This document shows positions 38,915-49,754 of a stretch of DNA of 64,000 nt, piece by piece. The position numbers and the translations under genes were made by a program. The stretch is taken from contig CAWEYL010000001.1 of the NCBI GenBank assembly GCA_963813335.1, positions 1,152,001 through 1,216,000 of the forward strand. The letters are read 5' to 3'. The notes under the pieces were generated by a model. That model worked only from the letters and a program-made list of their open reading frames with translations. It was not told the origin of the DNA and made no database searches. The first letter of the stretch is position 1; the number at the start of each line of letters is the position of its first letter. The DNA is from an uncultured Chloroflexia bacterium (GTDB lineage: Bacteria; Chloroflexota; Limnocylindria; Limnocylindrales; CSP1-4).

Positions 38915-41410
38915 GTGCGCGACCGACACCCGCCACCCGCCGGCGACCGTCGCCGGCCGATCGCCGCCCGTCTCCTCGTCCGATCGCTCCTCGCGCTCGC
39001 CGTCCCGGTCCTGAGCCTCGCGATCCTGCCCGTGTCGGTCGGCGCGGCCGAGGGCCTGACCATGGAAGGCCACGCGATGCTGGGCGGCCACGCCCGGGTC
39101 GGGTCGTGGATGGCGATCACGATCCACGTCAAGAACGACGGCCCCTCGGTCAGCGGGGAGCTGCGCCTCACCGGCGGGGCGCAGAGCCGGACGCGGTTCG
39201 GCCTGGTCGCGGACCTGCCCAACGGCTCGGACAAGACGTTCCTGCTGTATGCCCAGCCGCCGTCGTTCGGCCGGGACCTCGAGGTCTCCCTCGTGGACGG
39301 CGACACGACGATCGCCAAGACCAAGGTCGCCTTCACGGTCCACGACCTCACCCAGCTGGTGGTGGGTGTCGTGGCGGAGAAGCCCGGCGGCATCGTCGGG
39401 ACCATCGACCTGCTGCCCAACCCCAACCAGGTCGGCCCGCAGATCGCGCCGATCGAGCTGGCGGACCTCCCCGAGCGCGTCGAGGCCTGGGGCGGGCTCG
39501 ACCGCCTCGTCTGGCAGGACGCCGATTCGAGCCGCCTGACCGAGGGGCAGCTCCGGGCCCTCCAGGGCTGGGTCGCCGGCGGCGGCCGGCTGGTCATCGT
39601 CGGCGGGACGACCGGCCCGAACACGCTGTCGGCGTTCCCCGACTCGCTGCTGCCGTACCGCCCGACTGCCACGGTGGATGTCCCGGCGACCGCCCTCGCC
39701 GGCCTCATCGGCGAGGTCCCCGCGAACACCCCTGACGTGCCCGCCCTCGGCGGCATCATGATCGAGGGCCGGGTCCTGCTGACCAGCGGCGACCGGGTCA
39801 TCGCCGCGGAGCGAAGCCACGGGAACGGGTCCGTGACGATCGTCGGCGTCGACCCGACCGCCAAGTGGCTGGCGGATGGCACGGGCTCGGAGAACCTGTG
39901 GCGCCGGGTCCTGCCGGCGCGGTCGGCGAACGGCCTGGTCCTCTTCGACGACAGCCAGCTGGTCGGCGCGGTCTCGCAGCTCCCGTCCCTGGCGCTCCCC
40001 CCGATCGGCGGCCTGATCATCCTGCTGGTCGCCTACATCCTGCTGATCGGCCCGATCAACTACCTCGTGCTGCGCCGCCTCGACCGCCGGGAATGGGCCT
40101 GGGTGACCATGCCGGTGCTGATCGTGGTCTTCGCGGTCGGCGCCTACGGGTTCGGGGCCGCCCTGCGCGGCAGCGACGTCCTGGTCAACGAGGTCGCGCT
40201 GGTGCGCGGCTCGACCGGCGCCACCGACGGGACCGCGCAGGTCTACGTCGGCGTCTTCTCGCCGTCGCGCGGCTCGTACCAGGTCAGCGTCCCGGGGGGC
40301 GCGCTGCTGTCCTCGCCGATCAACGGGGAGTTCTTCGGCGGCGACAGCACCGCCGGCACGCTCGACGTCCTGCAGGGCGACCCGGCGAAGGTTCGCGACC
40401 TCGCGGTGGGCTTCGGGTCGCTGCGCACGATCCGGGCCGAGACGCCCATCGCGGTGCCGATGCTCAAGGCCGACATCTCCATCGTCGACGGGCGCCTCAA
40501 GGGCACGCTCGTGAACGAGTCGCAGACGACGCTCCAGCGGCCGGCCGTCGTGCTCGGCGGGACCGTGGCCGTGCTCGCCGACCTGGCGCCGGGCGCCTCG
40601 AAGTCGATCGACGTCGCCCTGGTCGCGGGGCAGTTCGGCCAGCCGCTGTCCGACAAGGTCGTCGGGCCGATGACCTTCGGCGATCCGAGCCAGTTCGACA
40701 CCACGATGGCGGACCAGTACATCCGCCACACCATCGTCGACCAGCTGACCTTCGACCCGAACTTCGGCTCGACGGGCCAGCTGTCGTCGGACAGCGCGGT
40801 CATCCTGGCCTGGGGGTCGGGCAGCCTGCTCCCGGTCGAGATCGCCGGGCAGACGCCGCGGGCGACGGGCAACGTCCTCTACTACCTGCCCACGCACGTC
40901 ACGGTCCGCGGCAAGACCACGTTCCGCGGCGACCTGCTGAGCTCGACGATCATCGACACTGACTCGCCGTTCTTCGGCAAGGACCCGATGAGCATCAGCA
41001 TCGGGCGCGGCCACGCGACGGTCTCCTACAAGCCCATCGCCTTCGACGGGACGCTGACGCCGACGGAGCTGGCGTTCGGGCTCAACCAGGGCGGCGACAC
41101 GACGAGCCTCTTCGGCGACCCCGAGTCGATCGAGCCCCTCGATTCCATCCCGGAGCCCTGCCCGGACCCGCCGACGGCGGACTGCGCCGCTGCCGGGTTC
41201 GACGGGATGCCCGAGGTGGAGCTGTTCGACCTCGACAAGGGCGCCTGGGTCCGTCTCCCGCACCTGACCGCGGGCACGCGCTACTCCCTCCCCCACCCGG
41301 CGCGCTACATCGATCCTACCGCCGGGACGGTCCTGGCCCGCTTCGTCAACGATCGGACCGACGGGATAGGCTTCCAGTTCGACCTGTCGATCACGGGGAC
41401 CGTCCGATGA
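38915..41410 (+). CDS. Large exported/membrane protein with GATase1-like domain and 2 TM helices; first gene of the MoxR/VWA operon
   Basis: Signal peptide; LQGWVAGGGRLVIVGG; YILLIGPINYLVLRRLDRREWAWVTMP. Confidence 0.8.
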   Translation: MRDRHPPPAGDRRRPIAARLLVRSLLALAVPVLSLAILPVSVGAAEGLTMEGHAMLGGHARVGSWMAITIHVKNDGPSVSGELRLTGGAQSRTRFGLVADLPNGSDKTFLLYAQPPSFGRDLEVSLVDGDTTIAKTKVAFTVHDLTQLVVGVVAEKPGGIVGTIDLLPNPNQVGPQIAPIELADLPERVEAWGGLDRLVWQDADSSRLTEGQLRALQGWVAGGGRLVIVGGTTGPNTLSAFPDSLLPYRPTATVDVPATALAGLIGEVPANTPDVPALGGIMIEGRVLLTSGDRVIAAERSHGNGSVTIVGVDPTAKWLADGTGSENLWRRVLPARSANGLVLFDDSQLVGAVSQLPSLALPPIGGLIILLVAYILLIGPINYLVLRRLDRREWAWVTMPVLIVVFAVGAYGFGAALRGSDVLVNEVALVRGSTGATDGTAQVYVGVFSPSRGSYQVSVPGGALLSSPINGEFFGGDSTAGTLDVLQGDPAKVRDLAVGFGSLRTIRAETPIAVPMLKADISIVDGRLKGTLVNESQTTLQRPAVVLGGTVAVLADLAPGASKSIDVALVAGQFGQPLSDKVVGPMTFGDPSQFDTTMADQYIRHTIVDQLTFDPNFGSTGQLSSDSAVILAWGSGSLLPVEIAGQTPRATGNVLYYLPTHVTVRGKTTFRGDLLSSTIIDTDSPFFGKDPMSISIGRGHATVSYKPIAFDGTLTPTELAFGLNQGGDTTSLFGDPESIEPLDSIPEPCPDPPTADCAAAGFDGMPEVELFDLDKGAWVRLPHLTAGTRYSLPHPARYIDPTAGTVLARFVNDRTDGIGFQFDLSITGTVR

Positions 41411-42369
41411 CCGAGATCGTTCGCGCCGAGGGCCTGGTCAAGCGCTACGACCGCACGCTGGCGGTCGCCGGCGTCGACCTGTCCGTCGCCTCGGGCGAGA
41501 TCTTCGGCCTGGTCGGGCCGAACGGAGCCGGCAAGACCACGACGCTGCGCATCCTCGCCACCCTGCTGCGGCCGTCGAGCGGCGAGGCCGAGATCGCCGG
41601 GTTCTCGGTGACTCGGAACCCCGACCAGGTCCGGCGCGTCCTCGGCTTCATGCCGGACGTCTTCGGGGTCTACGACGACATGAAGGTCTGGGAGTACCTC
41701 GACTTCTTCGCCCGCTGCTACGGGATCCCGGCGTCAAAGCGGCGGCGGATGATCGGCGACCTGCTCGAACTCGTCGACCTCGGGACCAAGCGCGACCAGT
41801 ACGTGCAGACCCTGTCACGCGGCATGCAGCAGCGACTGTGCCTCGCCCACGCGCTGGTCCACGATCCGGAGGTCCTGCTCCTGGACGAGCCGGCCTCCGG
41901 CCTCGACCCGCGGGCCCGGGTGGAGCTGCGCGAGCTGCTCCGGGAGCTGCGCAAGCTGGGCAAGACCATCGTGATCAGCAGCCATATCCTCCCCGAGCTC
42001 GAGGAGCTGTGCACGAGCGTCGCCATCGTCGACCGCGGCCAGGTGCTTGCCCAGGGGCGCGTCAGCGACATCGAGCGACGGCTCCGCTTCGGGGCGGTGC
42101 TCCGCATCAAGGTCCTGGGCGACGCCGAGGCGCTCGAGGCAGCCCGCGACCGGTTCGCGGCCGATGTCGATGTCGCCTCGGCGACGATCCTCGAGGACGG
42201 CACGATCGAACTCGGGTTCCGCGGCGACGACGCCGCGTCAGCCCGGCTGCTGGCCGAGACGGTGGGCGCCGGGGTCGCGGTGATCAGCTTCGCCCGGGCC
42301 GCCAGCGACCTGGAGGAGCTGTTCCTCCAGGTGACCGCGCCCGATCGCGAACCCATGGAAGCGGCGTGA
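41407..42369 (+). CDS. ABC transporter ATP-binding protein
   Basis: GPNGAGKTT, LSRGMQQR, LDEPASGLDP, SSHIL. Confidence 0.95.
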   Translation: MTEIVRAEGLVKRYDRTLAVAGVDLSVASGEIFGLVGPNGAGKTTTLRILATLLRPSSGEAEIAGFSVTRNPDQVRRVLGFMPDVFGVYDDMKVWEYLDFFARCYGIPASKRRRMIGDLLELVDLGTKRDQYVQTLSRGMQQRLCLAHALVHDPEVLLLDEPASGLDPRARVELRELLRELRKLGKTIVISSHILPELEELCTSVAIVDRGQVLAQGRVSDIERRLRFGAVLRIKVLGDAEALEAARDRFAADVDVASATILEDGTIELGFRGDDAASARLLAETVGAGVAVISFARAASDLEELFLQVTAPDREPMEAA

Positions 42370-42379
42370 GGACGCGACG

Positions 42380-43610
42380 ATGACCGACGTCACGATCGAG
42401 CCCGTCGAGACCCCGCCCGGCGTCGTCACCGAGCCGGCGATCGCGCCCGGTCCGCCGACTCCGCCGCGCCAGCGACCGAGCCCGCGCCGCGCGTTCGGGG
42501 GCATCTCGGCCATCGGCGCGAAAGAGCTGCGCGGCCGGATGCGCGGTCGCCGGGCGTTCGCGATCCTGACGATCTACCTGCTCCTGCTCGGCGCATTCGC
42601 CTGGATGGTCGAGCTGCTGATGGAGCGTTCGTATGCGAGCGGCTTCGGCTCGTCGGCCGCCTACGCCTCGGCGTCCATCGGGCAGGGCATCTTCGCGGCG
42701 ATCCTCATGCTCGAGACCCTCCAGGTCGTCTTCCTGGCGCCGGCCGCGACCGCCGGCGCGATCAGCCTGGAGCGCGAGAAGCAGACCCTCGACATGCTCA
42801 TCGCGACACCGATCTCGTCGCTCGCGATCGTCATCGGCAAGCTGCTCAGCGCCCTGACCTACGTCTTCCTGCTGATCGTCGCGTCGGTGCCGCTCACCGC
42901 GGTCGTCTTCGTCTATGGCGGCGTAGGACCGGACGACGTCCTGCGCGGATACCTGGTGCTGCTGGTCACGGCCATCGGGCTGGGGTCGTTCGGCCTCCTC
43001 TGCTCGAGCCTCGTGCGGCGCACGCAGGCCGCGACGGCGATCTCGATCTTCGGCGTCCTGTCGATCACCGTCGGGTCGCTCTTCGTGCTCGCCTTCTGGG
43101 CCGGGATGGCCAACAGCGACAACGGCCGTGGGTTCGGGCCGATCAAGGGCCGCGCGCCCGAGGTCATCGCGCTCGTGAACCCATTCATCGCGCAGTCCGA
43201 CGTCCTGTGCGGCACCGAGACCACCCAGTACGGGACGTGGTGCTCGATCGTGAACGTGCTGGTCCCGAACCAGAACGGCATCATCAACATCGACAATCGC
43301 GGTGGCGGGCACGGTCGTCGTCCCGCTGCCCGCCCCGATCCCCGACATCAAGGCCCAGCCCGGGTTCACGACGGGCGGCGTGACCATCGACGCGAACGGG
43401 AACCAGGTCGCCGTCGACGCCAACGGCAACCCGATCGCCGCGGACGTGGTGGCGTTCGGTGCGCAGCGCGACGCGTTCTGGCCGAAGAGCGTCGTGACCT
43501 GGCTGATCCTCTCGGTCGTCTTCATCCTCCTGTCGGTCCAGCTCGTGTCGCCCACGCGCCGTTGGCGGTTCTCCCGGCAGCGCCGTACCGCGACAGGGAC
43601 GCCGGCATGA
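42380..43610 (+). CDS. ABC-2 type permease; frameshift near 43305
   Basis: KELRGRMRG, AGAISLEREKQTLDML, IVIGKL; final TM helix in the 43302-43610 frame. Confidence 0.85.
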
Positions 43611-45576
43611 GGCTGCGCCGCCGCCGTCGACCCGCACCTGGCGAGGCGGTGCCCGCAAGCACCTGGATCCCCGCCGACCCGCGCGCCGTCCTGGCCGGGC
43701 CGCTCGATCCCGAGCTCCTGGCGGTCCGGTCCGGGCTGGCATCGCACCGGCGCCGCCTGTGGCTGCGTCGCATCGTCCGTCGGACCTGGCTCGCCCTGGC
43801 CGCGATCCTCGTGGCGGAGCTGGTGCTGTGGACCGTCGCCCGGTTCGTCCCGCTCGAATGGGCGCCGCTGCTCGGCGCCGCGATCCCCGTCGTCGGCGCG
43901 CTGGTCCTGCTGGTCGCCGTGGTCCGAGCCCGGCCCACCATCGGCGAGACGGCGATCGCGGTCGATGTGGAAGGACGTCTCGGCGACCGCGTGTCGAGCG
44001 CCCTCGAGCTGGCAGTCGGGTTCCCGGCGTCAGCCGGCCCGGCCTCCCCCGATGGGACCGATCCCACGGCCGCGACCGTGACGACCGTCGCCGTCGCGAC
44101 CGGCGTGGCTGACGACGCGGCCCAGACCGACCGGTTCGTCCGACGGCAGCGGACGGACGCGCTCGCCTCGCTGCGCGCGGTCCCGCTCGACCTGTTCAAG
44201 CCGCGATTCGCGCTTCGACCAGCGGCCGCCGCACTCGTCGCCGCCCTGCTTCTCGCCCCGGTCCTGCTGATCCCGAACCCGCAGGACCCGGTCATCGCCC
44301 AGGCTCGCCAGGAGCGCGAGGCCGCCCAGGAGCAGGCGAAGCGCCTCGATGACCTCGCCAAGGAGCTCGAGCAGAAGGGCAAGGACGCCGACGATCCACG
44401 GACGAGGCTCGCCCAGGAGCTGCGCGACCTGGCCCGCCAGCTGCGGGACCACCCGGGCGACCTCGACGTGAACCTGGCCAAGCTCGGATCGGTCGAGAGC
44501 GACGTCCGCGCCCAGGTCGATCCCGCGACCGAGCAGCGTGCCGCGGCACTCACCGCGCTGAGCCGTGCGCTTTCCCGGTCGGCGACGGGCCAGCAGACCG
44601 CCAACCCGGACGGCGACCCGAAGCAGACGCAGCAGGACCTCGACAAGCTGGGCGACAAGCTCGACCAGATGACACCCCAGCAGCAGGCCGACCTGGCCCG
44701 CCAGCTCGCCGAGCAGGCTGCGACCGCCGCCGGTGCGAGCGGCGCGGCTTCGACCGCGCTCCACGACGCCGCGCAGAGTCTCGCGCAGGGCGATACCGCC
44801 GGCGCGAAGACGGCCCTCGATCGACTCGGGGAATCGCTCACCGGCACGGGGCAGCAGGTCGCCACGAATCGCGACCTTTCGTCGGCCGCGTCGCGGCTCC
44901 AGGACGCGCGGCGCGATCTCGCGGATGCCGGCAAGCCGACCACCGCCCAGGGCCAGGGGCAGCCGGGCCAGGGGCAGGGCAACCCGGGTGCCAGCCCTGG
45001 AACCGGCCAGGGCCAGGGACAGTCGAGCCCCGGCGCCAGCCAGGGTCAGGGTCAGGGCCAGGGCCAAGGGCAGGGCCAAGGGCAGGGGCAGGGGCAGGGC
45101 CAGGGGCAGGGCCAGGGGCAGGGGCAGGGCCAGGGCCAGGGCCAGGGGCAGGGCCAGGGCCAGGGCCAGGGCCAGGGGCAGGGCCAGGGCCAGGGCCAAG
45201 GGCAGGGTGCCATCGGGGGCGGCGGCTCGAATGCCCGCTCGCTCGGCAACGGCACCGGTGGCAACGGCCACCCGGCCGGCCCGACGAACCCCAATCGCCC
45301 GTCCGAGCTCGGCGGCGACCTCTCATCGGTCTACGCGCCGTTCGACCGGCTTGGCAAGCCGGGCGACCCGTCGTACATCTCGGGCACCGGCGGCGACGGC
45401 CAGACCCAGCAGGGCAACGGCACCGGGCAAGGCACCAACAACGGCGTGCTGACCCCGTATCAGCAGGTCTATCAGGACTTCGCGTCCTACGCCCAGACAT
45501 CGCTCGAGCGCGGCTACGTGCCGCTCTCGGTGAAGGACTACGTCCGCGACTACTTCAGCTCGCTCGACCCGACCAA

Positions 45577-45580
<4 letters not shown>
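43607..45580 (+). CDS. Membrane-anchored coiled-coil protein with (GQ)n tract
   Basis: ATGA overlap; 3 TMs, GDRVSSALE, long helical region, C-terminal YVPLSVKDYVRDYFSSL. Confidence 0.82.
45041..45208 (+). repeat. Hexanucleotide coding microsatellite (CARGGN) x about 28 encoding poly-(Gln-Gly)
   Basis: cagggt/cagggc/cagggg/caaggg units in tandem. Confidence 0.95.
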
Positions 45581-46638
<1,058 letters not shown>

Positions 46639-46669
46639 CGGGTCCCGGACCCGCCACGGCCGCGCGCGC

Positions 46670-47656
46670 ATGACCGGACCCTCCGTCGGGCCGCCCGCTT
46701 CCGACCCCGCCGAGCGGCCGGCGGAGACGCCGCGCGCCGATGCCGGCACGCGGCCCGCCTTCCTGCCGAACGAGATCGATCCGACCGTCTTCGACGAGGC
46801 CTTCCTCCGCCAGCTCGAGCGCCTCCTGCTGCTGATGCGCTCGCCGGTCCGCGGCGGCCTCAAGGGCGGCCGGCGGAGCGTCAAGCGCGGCCAGTCCGTC
46901 GAGTTCGCCGACTACCGCGACTACACCATGGGCGACGACCTGCGCCAGCTCGACTGGAACGTCTACGCCCGACTCGAGCGCCTGTTCGTGAAGCTCTTCG
47001 TCGAGGAGGAGGACGTCACCGTCTCGCTGCTGGTCGACGCCTCGGCCTCGATGGCCGCCGGGACCCCCGGCAAGCTCCTGTTCGCCAAGCGAGCTGCCGC
47101 GGCCCTCGGTTATATCGGCCTCGCGAGCGAGGACCGCGTCGCCGTCACCGCGCTCTCGGGGCGGACCGCCAGGCGGCGGACGGCGTTGCGCGGATCCGGG
47201 CGCGTCTTCCGGCTGCTGGCCGACCTGTCCGCCATCGAACCGACCGAGGGGCCGACCGACCTCCTGGTCGCCGCACGCCATGCCGGCGCCCAGCTCCACG
47301 GCCGCGGCATCGTGATCCTCCTCTCGGACCTCCTCGATCCGGCGGCCGACAAGGTCATCCGGGAGCTGGCCGCGACCGGTTCCGAGCTCATCGTGATGCA
47401 CGTCCTCTCGCCCGAGGAGCTCGACCCGGCGCTCGAGGGCGACCTGCGGCTCATCGACAGCGAGAGCGGGGAGGGGCTCGACGTCACGGTCGACCTCGCG
47501 ACCGTCGACGCGTACAAGTCGCGCCTGGCGGCCTGGAAGGCCGACCTCGCGGACCTCGCCGCCAAGCGCCGGGCGAGCTACGTCGACCTGACGTCCGACC
47601 AGAACCTGGCCGACCTGATGTTCGCCGAGCTGCGCCGCCGCCGGGTCCTGGGCTGA
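46670..47656 (+). CDS. DUF58 (VWA-like) protein
   Basis: GQSVEFADYRDYTMGDDLRQLDWNVYAR, VDASASM, LSD. Confidence 0.93.
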   Translation: MTGPSVGPPASDPAERPAETPRADAGTRPAFLPNEIDPTVFDEAFLRQLERLLLLMRSPVRGGLKGGRRSVKRGQSVEFADYRDYTMGDDLRQLDWNVYARLERLFVKLFVEEEDVTVSLLVDASASMAAGTPGKLLFAKRAAAALGYIGLASEDRVAVTALSGRTARRRTALRGSGRVFRLLADLSAIEPTEGPTDLLVAARHAGAQLHGRGIVILLSDLLDPAADKVIRELAATGSELIVMHVLSPEELDPALEGDLRLIDSESGEGLDVTVDLATVDAYKSRLAAWKADLADLAAKRRASYVDLTSDQNLADLMFAELRRRRVLG

Positions 47657-47659
47657 CCG

Positions 47660-49754
47660 ATGCCGTTCATCAGCCCGCTCGCCCTGGCCGGCCTCGTCTT
47701 CATCCCCGCGGTCATCGCGATGTACCTGCTCAAGCTGCGCCGCGACCAGGCGGTCGTGCCCTCGACGCTGCTCTGGAGCCGGTTGCTGACCGATGTCGAG
47801 GCCAACGCGCCATGGCAGCGCCTGCGGCGGAGCCTGCTGCTGCTGGTCCAGCTGCTGCTCGTGCTGGCGCTCGTGCTGCTGGCCGCGCGGCCGTTCCTCG
47901 AGCGGCCGGCGGGGCTGGCCCGGGACGTGATCCTCGTGATGGACACCTCGGCCAGCATGGGCGCCACCGACGTGACGCCGAACCGCCTGGCCGCCGCGCG
48001 CGATGCGGCGATGGCCGCCCTCAAGGACCTGCCCACGGGCGGCAAGGTCAGCGTGATCGCGGCGGACCGGACGGCGCGGATCGTGGTCAACGAGACCACC
48101 GACCTGGGTCGGGTGCGCCAGGCCATCGACGACCTCCGGCCCGCCCCGACACGGGGCGACCTGGGCGATGCGCTGGAGCTGGCCTCGAAGCTGGCCACCC
48201 GCTCCGGCGACGCCCAGATCCTGGTGGCCACGGACGCGGCGCTGTCGACGCCACCGGCCGTCAAGGTCTCGGCGCCGATCAGGGTGCTGCCCGTCGGCCG
48301 CGACCGCAAGAATCAGGCGATCGTGGCGCTCGCCGTGCGCACCGCCCCGTCCGCGGTGACGCGCTCGATCTTCATCAGCATCGCCAACGTCGATCTCGAG
48401 CTGGCGGGCCGGCGGATCGAGCTGTGGGGCGATGGCCGGCTGCTCGAGGCACGCGACCTGATCCTCGAGCCGCAGGCCCGCACCGACGTCGTCATCGACG
48501 ACGTCCCGAACGATGTCGGGGTGGTCGAGGCCCGCCTGGTCGCGCGTGACCCGTCGGTGACGACGCCGGACCAGCTGGCGGTCGACGACCACGCGTGGGC
48601 CGTGCTGCCGACCGCACGGACGCGGCTGGTCCTCGTGGTCGGCGAGGGCGACCCGTATCTCGAGACCGCGCTCTCGTACCTGCCCAACGTGGAGCTGTAC
48701 GGCGTCGCGCCGAAGGACTACGGCGCCTCCACCCAGCGCACCGACGGGCGGCCGTGGGACCTCACGATCTTCGAGGGCAACCTGCCGGCCGACGCTGCCG
48801 ACGACCCCGATCCTGGCCATCGCACCGCCGACGACGAGCGCGCTCGGCGTGGTCACGGGCACGCTCACGGACCCGGGCATCGGCTCGCTCGACCCGGCCG
48901 AGCCGATCCTCCGCTACGTCGACCTCTCGACCACCCACATCTCGTCGGCGCAGCAGCTGACGACCCCCGACTGGGCCCGCACCGTCATCCCGGGTCCCAA
49001 GGGCTCGCCGCTGCTCTACACGGGGGTACGGGCCGGCCTGCCGACGGCGGTCCTCGCCTTCGAGCCGCGCCGGTCCGACCTGCCGCTCCAGGTCGCCTTC
49101 CCGATCCTGCTCTCGAACCTGACCGGCGAGCTGCTGGGCGGGTCGACGGCGCCGACCGAGGCCGTCGCCCCCGGTGCGCCGGTCAGCCTCCAGGTCCCGT
49201 CGGGAGCCACCGGCGTGTCGGTCACCCGGCCCGACGGCACCACGACCGAGCTGGTGCCGAGCCTGGCCAGCGGCTCGGCCGTGACCTACGCCCTGACCGA
49301 CCTGCCGGGCATCTACACCGTCACCCCGACCGGGACGACGGCCGCATCCCCTGCCCCATCGGGGAGCGCTGCGCTGACGCCACGGCCGTCCGCTTCGGCC
49401 GGCGCGGGACCGTCCGCTTCGGCCGGCGCGACACCACTCGCCGTCGATCCGAACGCGCCGGTCCGCTTTGCGGTCGACCTGTTCGACCTCGGCGAATCGT
49501 CGATCGCACCCGGTTCGCCAGGGGCTATCGAGGCGCTCGGTACGACCGCTGCCGTGCCGGGCGCGTCCGCGGCTCCGGGCACCGCCGCCGTGGAACGCCC
49601 GACCACCCGCGACGAGCTGTGGGTCCCGATCGTGCTGGTCGTCCTGCTCGGCCTCTGCCTCGAATGGGCGATCTACCACCGTGACGCGGTGATCCGGGTC
49701 CGTCGTTCGCTCGGCGACGCGCTGGGGCGGCGGCCCGACGGCGGGACCGCCTGA
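47660..49754 (+). CDS. BatA N-terminal + VWA domain membrane protein; frameshift near 48800
   Basis: MYLLKLRR..VPSTLLW, LAARP, MDTSASM MIDAS; SDLPLQVAFP, C-terminal TM ..LEW. Confidence 0.87.

Noticed and set aside
36494-41296. 1600-aa minus-strand ORF and other long Arg/Pro/Ala-rich ORFs in the track
   Set aside because: Shadow frames of real genes in high-GC DNA; only the last ~296 aa of this one is a real gene
45041-45208. Repeat as a CRISPR array
   Set aside because: 6-bp coding units with no spacers and no cas genes
44030-45500. (PW/PC)n, (LA)n and (PG)n repeat ORFs on the minus strand
   Set aside because: Antisense or alternative-frame readings of the GQ microsatellite
49386-49430. 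24-bp tandem duplication (PSASAGA x2) and a similar short duplication in the E2 linker
   Set aside because: Ordinary low-complexity linker duplications
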